From Nemertoderma westbladi (Eukaryota; Animalia; Xenacoelomorpha): a stretch of 32,095 nucleotides of DNA. The position numbers and the translations under genes are program-made. The stretch covers positions 1-32,095 of the forward strand of contig JAUCBJ010000848.1 in assembly GCA_032718475.1 (NCBI GenBank), written 5' to 3'. The notes under the pieces are model-generated. The model had not been told where the DNA came from, searched no databases, and worked only from the letters and a program-made list of their open reading frames with translations. This document shows, one piece after another, positions 19,767 through 29,412 of the stretch. Numbering within the stretch: the stretch's first letter is position 1; each line of letters starts with the position of its first letter.

Positions 19767-21651
19767 TGATTGTGGCGTGGTGCCACGGTTCCTAGCCTTT
19801 AAGGTACCACCCTCTCGCCCATTCGCCGAACCGGAGGCAGGGTTGGCCTTCCAGCGACGGTTGCTAAACACAACCATAGCTCGGAAGGTCACAGAGCTGA
19901 AGGCCGCGGAGGACCGAGTAGTAGGTGTGACGGTAAGCTAGAACGACGGAGGTCTGACCAGGATGAAAAGTTTAGGTGGTGGGCTGGCAGCCAAGGAACG
20001 CCCTTACTAAACGTTATTGGCATGGTTCGGTGTGAGGATGGAATAGTCCTACCTGAGATTGTTGAGTCGGTGCTCAGGCTTGGGGCCAAGAATCCGGTCA
20101 AAACCAAGTTTGACACCGCACTATTTTACTCCCAGGTGGACTATTTCACCCACACCACCGATGCGGATAAAGTAAGTATGTCCCACCACGCCCAGAATTA
20201 CGCTCAGTTAATGCGCCTCCAGCGGCAGTCTATGCTGTCTCTACAATGGCGCGTTATCTGAATCAACAGGGCGTGATTGCTGTGCCATTCGACAAGGGGA
20301 ATGGGTACTGAATTATGAAGAAGGAGTCGTACCTCGCCAAGGCGGATGCGCTCATCACCGACCCGACCAAGTTTGATCCCCCACCCGGTCGACCCAGTGC
20401 TGTTAAGATAGATATCTACCGTCGGAGGGCGGAGGTTATTCGGGACGAGGTCACCAGAATCGTGGGGAAGGAGAATAAGGAACTTCTGGCCAGGCTATTG
20501 CCTCGCAAAGATACCACTCCTCAGCGTGGTACCACAAGCCTACAGATACTGGGCTCATTCTCAATGCCACTGCGTGTGCCCCTGAGTCTCACAAACGCGG
20601 TGTGGTTCAAGGTATGTTTCATCGCATCTTTAATGCCAGTAAGGGTGGGGATGGTTTCCAACTCTATACCGCTATTGGGGATGCTAAGAATATTCTTAGC
20701 AATAACCAATATACTGATACGATGGTCGAGCATGAGCTAGCTGTAGTTCAAGCCGCTAGGGGGCATGCAGGCAGTGGTTCTGGGGGCGAGGCACCAACAG
20801 CTGTCCCCACTGAGGTCATTGACCCGGTCGACCAGGCAGCTGCTGATGATTCCAAGCCTATTATCTGTAAGTTCGAGTACTGAGGTCTGGCAACTGATCT
20901 GTTTGTTCGAAAGTTACGTGGTCTTATACCCAGGTCTTGCACATGGCCAGTTTGGTTTGTTTTTACAACATCTAAACTGCGCGAGTCACTCCCATCTCTC
21001 AAACACCCCATCCCGGAAATCCTTGCGTCTAATGTCGTTTAGTCTTTCTCTTGTCCCTCTTGTAAGGGGGAATATGTTGGACACACCATTCAACACTTGT
21101 TTGAACGCGTTAGACAGCACCAGGATGGGACAGCCAATGATGGGAGCGAACACGGTAAGACTGTGCACAACCATATCATGATGCACCACGGCGAGCCCAA
21201 TACATGTTGGCTGACTGACTGGCGTGAATTATTTAAACATTTCACTGTAATTGCTACACACCCTTTGCGGCCAGTCTTGCAAAAGCTTGAAATGTATTAC
21301 ATCCAAACACGCAAGCCGGTTATCAACAAGCAGAAACATGACTGGCGCAAGTTTATGGTGCTGCTTCCCAGTGCAGTGGTTAGTTACAGTACAGACATAT
21401 CTTCATTTCGTTTCCTGTTCCGTCCCCCTTTGGGAATCTCTCTCTACATTTCCTGGCTTGGCCTCCTGAGAATGCCTTCAGTTGCGGGGCGAAACCTACC
21501 GATCAGCTGGCTGCCGTCAGCTGATCACTGATTGCATGCAATGTCTAGGTCTTGTTGCTTTTTAGTTTTTTATATACTTTGGCACTGACATACATACCGG
21601 TACGGTTTTTACTTAATGTGCTTGATTAATAAATAAAATACAATTAACTCT
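19767..21651 (+). mobile_element. Penelope-like element, plus-strand internally deleted copy (N-terminus, RT thumb, GIY-YIG endonuclease, 3' region)
   Basis: CGVVPRFLAFKVP...FQRRLL; PFDKG; VQGMFHRIFNAS...ILSNNQY; NVV*SFSCPSCKGEYVGHT...ERVRQH...LEMYYIQTRKPVINKQ. Confidence 0.88.
21455..21551 (+). ncRNA. Hammerhead-ribozyme-like motif in the Penelope 3' region
   Basis: CTGAGAA at 21466-21472, stem II GCCTT/GGGGC, GAAAC at 21491. Possible stem III CCTA/TAGG ending in GTC at 21549-21551. Confidence 0.5.
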
Positions 21652-22224
21652 AAAATTTTAAATTAAATAAAATTTTAAATTAAAAATTTTTAAAATTCAC
21701 TGCACTAAAAGTGAATTCGTGTGATGTATTAAGATAAAATAATGTGTTTTATGGTTTAATTAAAAGTTTAAGCCAACTCCGAAAGGCGTGGATATTTGTC
21801 GCACTGGAGGCAGTGATAATGATCAGCGGCGCAGCCGTTGCAGAACTCGCTGATGTAGTTCTGTGACAAGTCGTGGAAGGGAGTGATGTCTGAGCAGAGT
21901 TTGTTGTGGAAACCGTGTGCGGTACCACCTGGTCACGATGTGGTGGTACTTCTGCTGAGCCGGACCTTGCCAAGTTGTCGAGGAGAAAGCCATGTCACGG
22001 GTATATCCTAATTGATCGAAGTTTGAAAGACGGTCATGGCGGAATTCCCGGTACGATGTGATGACGTCAGGATTACAAATGTTGGGATTACATCAAATAA
22101 TGTCTTCTATAAAAGTGATTTCATTAATTAACTTTATAGCCAGGGCATGAGATGCTTGATAATAGTAAATTTAATTCTATCGATTTCGTGAAGTAGTTGG
22201 CTATGTCCCATGAGATATAAGGAC

Positions 22225-22327
22225 CCATTTTTAGTCTACAAGTTGGATATAATAATAAGACCCCTGGGATATAAAGACAAGAGACCCCAGGGTTATAAAG
22301 CCCCCTGGGATATAAAGACACCCAATC
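22225..22327 (-). repeat. Right TIR with inverted TGGGATATAAAGAC subrepeats
   Basis: Reverse complement matches 8170-8300, including the inner GTAGACTAAAAA / CTACACTAAAAA. Confidence 0.7.
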
Positions 22328-22643
22328 TAATGCAAGAGTGCGGCGAACCTACTTTTGGAAAATAAACAATGGAGGTGCAGGATGAGTGACAGCTGGTTAT
22401 ATGGCATTATAGCAGGGGCAATAATAGGAAGAAACAACTACAGACATTGAAAACCATTCTGTCAGTCTGTCCTCCTTTGTGAATTTACAATCACCAAATT
22501 AAAATAATACTGAAATATACTTTACTTTCGAAGAGTACCATTTGGTTTGGTTTGCCAACCAGGACACAGCATTGTTTATTTGCCAATGGAAACGGTAGCC
22601 GCACTCTTTAAATAACTCTTTTGAACTTTTCATTTTCACAAAA

Positions 22644-23570
22644 GTACGCCAACGACCTAGTAATTGTCGGAGACTCGATCGCAGACGTGCAATCTAGTTT
22701 GAATAAACTCGCTGATTATTGTAAACTTAACAAACTCGAAGTCAATATCACAAAGACTAAAGCCGTTAAGTTTCGCCGTGGAGGAAGATTGGCACGCACT
22801 GATGTTCTGGAATACAACGGGCAAGTATTGGAATTCCAGAACTGTTTTCAATACTTAGGAGTAATCCTATCAACCAAAAATGGGGCTAGCGGGCATTACG
22901 GTCACATGTATTCTAAAGGCATATCAAGTTGTGTATTAATCGCTACGAAAGTTAATCTTCGTATAGTATCCCAACAATCGGCACAACGTTTATGGCAATC
23001 AATCGTCCTTCCATCGACAACATACGGGTGCAGTATTTTCACGAGTAGCGACATTACACAACTGGACCACGTGCAACGGGTGCGAGCGTTCTACTGGAAG
23101 TTATGGTGCGGAATCAGCAAGTTTGCCTCGTCTACTGCAATCCTCCACGCCATTGACCATCCAGACGCGTCCGACATAGACGTTACTGGACCCGCCGCTA
23201 TGCCGCACAGCTGATATCAAATGGATACCACCACCGCATCTGCACCAATCCCAGATGTTGGAGGCCAGCTGATTGCTGTGAATGCTGGATGTGTGGTTGC
23301 TCAGCAACCACCAAACAACATAACCTGGAATGCCAGGCTATCCCCCTTTGCAGATCCCGCCTACGAACAGCAATCTGGCTGATGACCACTGATCGACCCC
23401 AAATGCGCAGTTAATACGTCAAATTTTAATCATTTACGGAATATCCTTTTTTGTACACAAGTTACGGAACTAATTACATTCTATCTAATTATATGGTCAC
23501 ATTATTGTTTTAATTTAATTTTAACTCGTATCTCAGTTGTTCCATATGTATGGATTATAAATATTAACAA
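22644..23570 (+). mobile_element. 5'-truncated non-LTR retrotransposon: RT C-terminal part and Cys/His-rich zinc knuckle
   Basis: YANDLVI...LEVNITKTKAVKFRRGG...FQYLG, then frameshifted NGYHHRIC...CECWMCGCSATTKQHNLEC. 14-bp TSD TCATTTTCACAAAA (22630-22643, 23571-23584). Confidence 0.85.
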
Positions 23571-24016
23571 TCATTTTCACAAAATACGCAAGGTTTATTA
23601 GCTGTTTAAAAGTTTAGCTGTTTGAATTAAAGTTGGATTACAGAAAAAAACCAATGTATCTTAAAATAAGTTATGTACATTTTGGTGTTGGAGGCTGAGA
23701 CAGAAGATACACCCATTAATTCAGCCACCAAAACACAACTACAACACAATTACAATTATGACATAAATGTATACCTTTTTTAAGATAACTAAATTGACCA
23801 ACGTAAACAATTTTAATTATAGGAGATAATATATTATTCAGAAGTACAAAAGACAACTTGACAACATGTTAACAAACCCACTAACCCACATATACACCCC
23901 ACAAAGGCAAAACTCACATATATTCGTGATACTTTCAACTAGGGAGTTATTGGTTGATTGATTGATATTAGGATTTATTTGGTGTAATTACACTAAGTAG
24001 TTGAACACGAGCACAT

Positions 24017-24656
24017 CATAGCAAGTTTACTTTGAATATCTGGTGATTTAGCGCAACCTTCTTGTCTCCACCAAATCCTTGAACGGACATTCTTTCTTGT
24101 CCTATTGGCCTTAAATTATGCTCGTTAACAAATTCTTGTGTAATGAATGTCCTTTCACTTCCTGGATCAAATAAGGCATTCAATGTATTCGTGTGACCCG
24201 TCGTATGTTATGAATATATCGCATTACCCATGCTAATCTACGAACAGGAACAGATTTCACGCTGAATTCTGAACTGTCTATAACACTTGACAGTGAACAT
24301 ACCCTAGTATTATTTGGACCATAGGTTGTTACTGCTAATGACTTAATTTCTTTTAAATAACATGTCGATATATTGTGCTCATTGACTGTCTTATTTGGCC
24401 ATGTGACTAGGCTTAGGTCAAGGGTTCAATCCCCTTATCGGGCGCCATGTGTGGTGAATCCTGTGACGATTCTCCGTGACTATGGTATTGAAAATTTAAC
24501 GTAGAATTTACAATTTAAATTCCTTCATTATTTACTATTAAACAACACGTACATTTAAAATTAGTTTTAGTTCAAATCAGTTACAAACCAACTTCATATA
24601 TTATGTATGTATACTGTAATTATACAGAATGAGATTATACGTCTTGGGGCGAAACA
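24017..24656 (-). mobile_element. Rearranged BEL/Pao LTR-retrotransposon remnant (possible LTR 24448-24656, PBS, RNaseH-integrase linker, aspartic protease)
   Basis: NALFDPGSERTFITQEFVNEHNLRPIGQERMSVQGFGG (protease, ~24183-24065) and WP...VIDSSEFS...RLAWVMRYIHNIRR (~24402-24198). LTR limits TGTTTC...CACA are tentative. Confidence 0.65.
24416..24447 (-). promoter_or_regulatory. Primer-binding site complementary to the tRNA-Lys 3' end
   Basis: TGGCGCCCGATAAGGGGATTGAACCCTTGACC versus the canonical Lys(UUU) complement TGGCGCCCGAACAGGGACTTGAACCCTGGACC; directly follows ...CA. Confidence 0.7.
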
Positions 24657-24820
24657 TATGTTTAGTTACTAGTAAGTGCAATTATAACCAAAACACATCG
24701 AGATTAATTAATATTGGCATTGGCACGATCACAAATGAATTAGTGATAAATTTCTATAGTAATAGTACTACTGTATGTACGTACACATTGCATTCTCAGT
24801 TCTACAATAAATTATACTAC

Positions 24821-26110
24821 AGAGACACACTTGCACCATTCTTCTTCATAATTGTGGTTGACTATGTTCTAAGCATGTCCTTAGATCATCATAATGATGA
24901 TGGGGTGTTGATAACTCCCACCTACTGGCTCCAGAATTCGAGGAAATCCTGGCAAGTATATAACTGATCTAGACTTTGCTGATGACTTAGGAGTACTCTC
25001 AGAATCACTAGAGGGAGCCCAACGGCTCCTCAGCTCATTAGAACATGCTGCTTCTAGTGTTGGTCTTTTTATTAACTCCAGAAAGACCAAAATTTTGACA
25101 GTTAACTTTGGAAGTCCTCAGCAAGTCTCTGATCGGATGAGCAGAGCATAAGCTCAAAGGATGGTATGCTTGAGCATGTGGACTACTTCTGTTACAATAA
25201 TATTGGTTAATAATAATATAATAATAATAATAATAATAATAATATTGGTTATTTATATAGCGCTTTATTATGCTCGGCATACTCAAAGCGCTTTTATTAT
25301 CATTACCCCAGCAAAGCCAGGTTCCCATTATACCGCTGGGTTGACGTAGGCACTAATGTCTAAAGTGTCTTGCCTAGGGACACAACAGTGCGAAATTTCT
25401 GCAGCCTTTAGTCGGATTCGAACCTACGCCACCAAACACTATTGTGTAAGCAGTTCAGGCGCCATATCCACTCGGACACTGCGACATGTTGACATGTTAC
25501 CTGGGATCATGGATCCGGAAGTCAGGTGAGGACCTTCGAATACGTAAGGGAAGGGCATGGGCAGCCTTGAATTGGCTTTCCAGGATTTGGAAGTCACTGA
25601 TAATTGATCGGAAACTTAAGGTCCGATTATTTAGAGCAGCTGTGGTTCCAGTACTCCTCTATGGGAGTCCATGCTGGGCTCTAACTGCAGGACACCAAAT
25701 CTCTGGATGGCACATTCACAAGAATGCTACGCCGGGTTCATTGTGTCAAGTACAATGTACACATCTCCAACCAGACACTTATAACATTGGCGATGTCTCA
25801 TTGGTTCCCCCAAGCTTGACACTAGAACAAAATCGCCTCCGCTTTGCAGGACATTGCTTTCGCCGTGAGGACCAACCAGTGCATAATCTTGTACTTTGGC
25901 AGCCTCATGGAGTGAATAAGCATGGTGGACAGTCCATGACTTTCTTGAGACGCATCTTAAAGGACACTGGCCTTGAAGATGCGGATAATCTAGCAAATGT
26001 CATGGGTGATAGGGAGTTGTGGCGGCGCAATTTTGTCGACAAGCCGGCACACCATTCTTAAAAATGCAGCTGCAATGCAGCATGCCGATCCTAGTAGTAG
26101 TAGTGGTAGT
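24821..26110 (+). mobile_element. 5'-truncated RTE-clade LINE with (TAG)n tail, interrupted by a SINE
   Basis: DTLAPFFFIIVVDYVL, TDLDFADD, FC|YLGSWI, VLLYGSPCWALT, RLRFAGHCFRREDQPVHNLVLWQPHG. TAGTAGTAG tail at ~26092-26110. Confidence 0.88.
25196..25494 (-). mobile_element. tRNA-derived SINE, full length
   Basis: A box TGTCCGAGTGG (25478-25468), B box GGTTCGAATCC (25424-25414), central GTGTCCCTAGGCAAGACACTT, 3' AAGCGCTTTGAG...AAAGCGCTATATAAAT, (ATT)n tail. TSD TGTTAC (25190-25195, 25495-25500). Confidence 0.9.
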
Positions 26111-26196
26111 CGCACTGATGAGAGAAAATTGTTCCAGATGATTGGTGAATCTAGGAAAATTGACTGTTCACGCATAGTGAATTTCTTACTCTAAAA

Positions 26197-27232
26197 CTAT
26201 TTTGGGACTAACTGCGAATTTTTAGTTTCATAGTTGTAGATAACTGAATCAGGTGTAAGCAAAGACCGGTATGAAATCATTGGGTAGGAGACCATTGATA
26301 AACTCAAATGATACTGTATTAAGGCAATTTGAAATATAAAAATGTTACTAACATTTTTACAGTTTATAATTGTAGTCAAAAACAGCGTTTTTTAAAGGTC
26401 TTTTTCATGGAAATTATTATTCATACAAAATACATTGTTGGTAACTCTATTACCTCTGCTATTGTAATTTTTAATTAAATTCTCGTGATTTGTGCTAAAA
26501 AGTGTTTGCATTTTATATTTACTTCAACTATATATTGTTGATTAGGCTGGTTGCTAGGAAACTGTAGGTTTCTTGGTAATTCCCTGCTAGTCAGACAGTA
26601 TTGCTTGCTTCTTTCTGTATTAATATTGAGTCTAGAATTATTATGAGAATTCATGAGAATTCTCATAAAGCTCACAAAGGAATTCAATTACAAGGTATTC
26701 TTTATTCCCCCAAAAAATGGCTTGGGTATTTATTGGGATTGGTCAATTCATTTAATAATATTTCAGTATTATTACTACATTGACATAAGATAAGTTTTAG
26801 TATTTCTGCCAAATTTAATCGCCTACACTAGGCCTACTGTAAAACACAAATTATCAGCGAATATCTGTCAACAATCACACGTACTGGTACAGTCTGTTTT
26901 TACAGTCTGAATTTACGAATTTCTGAAAATAAGTCAAATTCGTTTATTTGACACACTATCATGTCGAGGGGTCGATATTATACCCACATATCCCTTGGGA
27001 TATAGATGGGTGTAAAGACACCCCCATCCCCCAAACCAACAAACCCACGATCCTAAATCCAAGGCCAATCGATGTGGTGAGGTATATACTGTAGATAGGT
27101 AAGGTCTCTTTTCATCTCTCATTGCAGTATATTATTACTACCTGTCGATATGCCATCTGCTGATTCTGCTATGCTAATAAAATTAATTGGAAAGCTCCAA
27201 TCCACCTGCATTGTTCCATCAATAATACAATT
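26197..27232 (-). pseudogene. Candidate multi-exon host gene or pseudogene fragment, unknown product
   Basis: AG/GT-bounded segments 27232-27142, 26922-26838, 26774-26692, 26631-26523 and from 26313, with introns of 219, 63 and 60 nt. Phases chain except for one missing base, and there is one stop. Confidence 0.35.
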
Positions 27233-27569
27233 CTATACATAATATTAATAATATGTTAGAGTATTATTGTCCATTCACTATAAATCTGAATAAATTTATT
27301 TTAAAGATGCCTAAGGCAATTCATCAACTATCAACTATCATGCCCGTCATTGGATAATATAATATAAATCATGCATATATATGTCATAGAGTCGCTTATA
27401 GCAATATTAATTATCTACTGAGTCGATGAATGGAGCAGAACAAAGTACTAAGTAAATTGTAAATAACTAAGTTGTAAATATTTTTGCGTGAAGATTTGAT
27501 GGGGACGGGGATTTGTCCTCGTCGTTAAGTTGCTCAAAAAAATACAGTAGCTCTATACAGGACTACAAT

Positions 27570-28893
27570 GCATTTAAACTTAGACCCTCTAGTGATCACC
27601 GTCATATTTTGGCTACGGTAAGACTTAGTCCCCTCTCTAGCAGAACTAAGAAATCTGCCTTGCCACGGCATGTTGGCCCTCTCTATTGGAACAGTCCATT
27701 GTGAGATCCAGCGTAAAACTCAAGCTGAACAACAGGTATGAGGCCCTTGCACCCGAGAAAACTGATCATTGTGAGGGCTATACTGCCTTCACAGAAGCAT
27801 TATGGGGAGTCCTCTACGGAGATACACTTTTACCATTCTTGTTCATAATTGTGGTTGACTATGTTCTATGCATCTCCTTAGATCATCATAATGATGATGG
27901 GGTGATGGTACCTCCACCTACTGGCTCCAGAAGTCGAAGAAATTCTGCCAAGTACCTAACTGATTTAGACTTTGCTGATGAATTGCGGAGTACTCTCAGA
28001 ATCACAAGAGGGAGCCCAAAGACTCCTCAGCTCATTGGATGGTACAGGCTGCATTTAGTGTTGGTTGTTGGTAAACACCAAGAAGACCAAAATTTTGACA
28101 GTTAACTTTGAAAGTCCTCAAGAAATGTTTGATCGTATGAGAATAAGTTCAAAGGATGGTATGCTTGAGCAAGTGGACGACTTCTGTTACCTGGGATCAT
28201 GGATCCGGAAGTCTGGTGAGGACCTTCGAATAAGTAAAGGAAAGGCATGGCTAGCATTGAATGGGCTTTCCAGGACTTGGATGTAACAGAGAATACATCG
28301 GAAACTTAACGTCCGACTATTTAGAGCAGCAGTAGTACCAGCACATAATTTGGATTATGCGCGTTACTTAAGGTATGTGAGCAATTTGGTTTAGAATTTG
28401 ACATAGTATTTAACCCTACTAAGTCTCATTGCGTATATTTTTTGCCAAATAAATTAGGTCGAGCTGGTGACGTTTTCATTAACGGTAAATTACTTTCCTG
28501 TGTTAAAGAGATATTAGTACTCCTCTATTTGAGTCCATGCTGGGCTCTCTAACCGCTCGCGCTGAGGACACCAAATCTCTGGATGGCACATTTACCATGC
28601 TACGTCTGGTTCACTGTGTCAAGTACAATGCAGACATGTCCAACCAGACACTATATAATATTTAAGGTGTCTCATTGGTTCCCCCAGCTTGACACTAAGC
28701 CACCTCCACTTTCTAGGACATTGCTTTTGGAGTGAAAACCAGCCTGTGCACAATTTTGTGCTTTGGCAGCCCCATGAAGACATTAAGCATGGTGGACGGA
28801 CACCTTGAAGATGCGGATAATCTCCTGAAACTCATGGGGTATAGGGAGTTGTGGCTGTGCAATTTTGTTGATAAGCCGGCATAGCATTCTTAA
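27570..28893 (+). mobile_element. Second decayed RTE-clade LINE copy (same family as 24821-26110), with an APE remnant and internal deletions
   Basis: SSDHRHILATVRLS, LNNRYEAL, GVLYGDTLLPFLFIIVVDYVL, TDLDFAD, DFCYLGSWIRKSGEDLRI. Colinear nucleotide similarity to the first copy. Confidence 0.85.
28342..28515 (+). mobile_element. Internal RT fragment of a different (RTE-X-like) LINE inserted in the RTE copy
   Basis: GLCALLKVCEQFGLEFDIVFNPTKSHCVYF...FINGKLLSCVKEI; absent from the paralogous position near 25650. Confidence 0.7.
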
Positions 28894-29342
28894 TGCTCGC
28901 TACATTTGAACTTTCCAATTATTGTGCATGTATGGTGATTAGATATTTTTGTTAAGCCAGTAGCATATCATATCAATGTGGAGCTTCAATGCAACAGGCC
29001 GATTATAATAGTAGTGGTGAAAAGTATCACTTTTCAGCCACAGTCTCCTCGATGGAGTTGGTTTCTGATTGGTCCTTACTTCAGACCTTATTTGTGGTTC
29101 TTGCCTCTAGGCCGTATTTCTTTGAACCGTATCCACCATTCCCAGCCAGTAGTACCGATGACGAAAAGATAAATTAATAAAAAAAGTGCTAGAAATACTG
29201 ATTTAACTAAACTCGGATCGTTGATTAACAATCGCCATGGGTATAATGTAAAATACAATGGCTATAAATCGAATCATTTACACCATATATCTATCGCATG
29301 TGACAATTAATTTATCTTGAAAATGGTGGCGCGAGAATGACA

Positions 29343-29412
29343 TCTCGCCAGGGACTTGAACAACTTACTTGTCTCATGCCTCGATGACCATCGAACGATC
29401 ACTATCGGCCAC
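29343..29412 (-). mobile_element. Degenerate tRNA-like head (possible old SINE)
   Basis: GTGGCCGATAGTG (A-box-like) and GTTCAAGTCCC (B-box-like) at plausible spacing. Confidence 0.3.

Larger units (their letters stand above)
8162..22327 (+). mobile_element. Mutator-like (MULE) DNA transposon remnant hosting the nested retroelements
   Basis: Arrays of GGGTCTTTATATCCCA at 8170-8300 and in inverted orientation at ~22225-22323. A 9-bp direct repeat TAATGCAAG flanks both ends (8153-8161, 22328-22336). A transposase-like N-terminal remnant starts at 8343. Confidence 0.6.

Noticed and set aside
25410-25485. tRNA gene
   Set aside because: A/B boxes are present but it continues into a SINE body with tail and TSD, and no convincing cloverleaf is seen.
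26641-26668. 12-bp-stem hairpins here and at 8045-8070
   Set aside because: Isolated short palindromes in AT-rich DNA with no supporting context.
29110-29165. Minus-strand RHRYYWLGMVDTVQR resembling an integrase zinc-binding segment
   Set aside because: Too short, and the following CxxC is absent.
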